Assembly (NCBI RefSeq): GCF_030028105.1
Contig: NC_092382.1
Coordinates: 31,971,792 to 32,035,791 of the forward strand
DNA length: 64,000 nucleotides
Source of the DNA: Mobula birostris
Lineage: Eukaryota
Direction of reading: 5' to 3'
Shown piece after piece: positions 63,460 through 64,000 of the stretch; the first letter of the stretch is position 1; the number at the start of each line of letters is the position of its first letter. A model generated the notes under the pieces. It saw only the letters and a list, made by a program, of their open reading frames with translations. It made no database searches and had not been told where the DNA came from. A program made the position numbers and the translations under genes.

Positions 63460-63700
63460 ATGGGTCAGAGAAGGACAGAATTTGTACCGGAGTGTCCAAA
63501 ATTGTGTCAAAACAGACATTAACTTGATATGCTCTGTCAGTCGCCTCGGGAACATATGCATAGTACAACGTAAACAATCATCGGCAGAAACTCACCCTGG
63601 TGTCAATGAGCTCGGTTGACGTTGGTAATTGCAGATGTCAGGTTTTTTAGTGGTGTAACCAAGAGCAGCTTTAGTCTGACTCTCCAGGTTACCGCACAAG
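63460..63700 (+). pseudogene. Gene C IgC2 B-type exon, decayed
   Basis: Cys to TGA (63525-63527), Trp to TAG, and the same +1 T frameshift as in gene B; length 241 (3n+1). Confidence 0.8.
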
Positions 63701-64000
63701 GTGAGTGAATGTGTCTCTCACTAGTGTATACAAAAACACGATGGTCAAAGATCCAAACATTTCCCCAATCTCGAACTCCCCATTTATCACTGCATACCTT
63801 CAGTCCAGTTCATAAGTGGCCGGTCAGAGTATAATCATAGTAATAACGTTTCCATGGCGATGCCATAAACGTTGAATGTTGGAGAGTGATCTAACAAAAC
63901 TTCCCCATTCAAAAGGCACCAACTAATTTATATTCACCAATTATGTCCAGAACTGGTGAGTTCTATTCCTGTTTTGGGAAAACCGTTAGTGACAGGGCAA

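Noticed and set aside
62346-63527. 393-aa ORF as a single gene
   Set aside because: Chance read-through of antisense CR1 remnant and intron into the real 252-nt Ig exon; non-ATG start

Overview
This is eukaryotic DNA, not prokaryotic. The repeat content (CR1 LINEs, Rex1/Babar-type LINEs, Penelope-type palindromic elements) suggests a cartilaginous fish, probably a ray; this is an inference. Hidden among the repeats, and mostly missed by the ORF track, is a cluster of spliced CEACAM-like immunoglobulin-superfamily receptor genes that I assembled exon by exon using GT-AG sites and phase. Gene B (+, ATG 33896 to stop 49701) encodes leader, disulfide-less IgV, IgC2(A), a frameshifted IgC2(B) exon, TM and a tail with SQYGAI, YENF and a complete ITAM (YTGL-x7-YSDL). 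Gene A (-, ATG 19108) is head-to-head with B and encodes leader, IgV and TM only. Its ITAM is disabled by a nonsense codon and a splice-acceptor mutation. Gene C (+, ATG 55267) runs off the right end of the window. Also present: a decayed A-B-A Ig-exon relic (28.2-29.6 kb, -); two inverted relics of an unidentified terminal exon ending VVNKVGSEQTGIV*; a near full-length CR1 with an intact esterase ORF1; minimal hammerhead ribozyme motifs; LINE-derived minisatellites; three N gaps; and an apparently exact repeat (1-2442 = 14226-16667) ending at a 13-N gap, probably an assembly overlap artefact.
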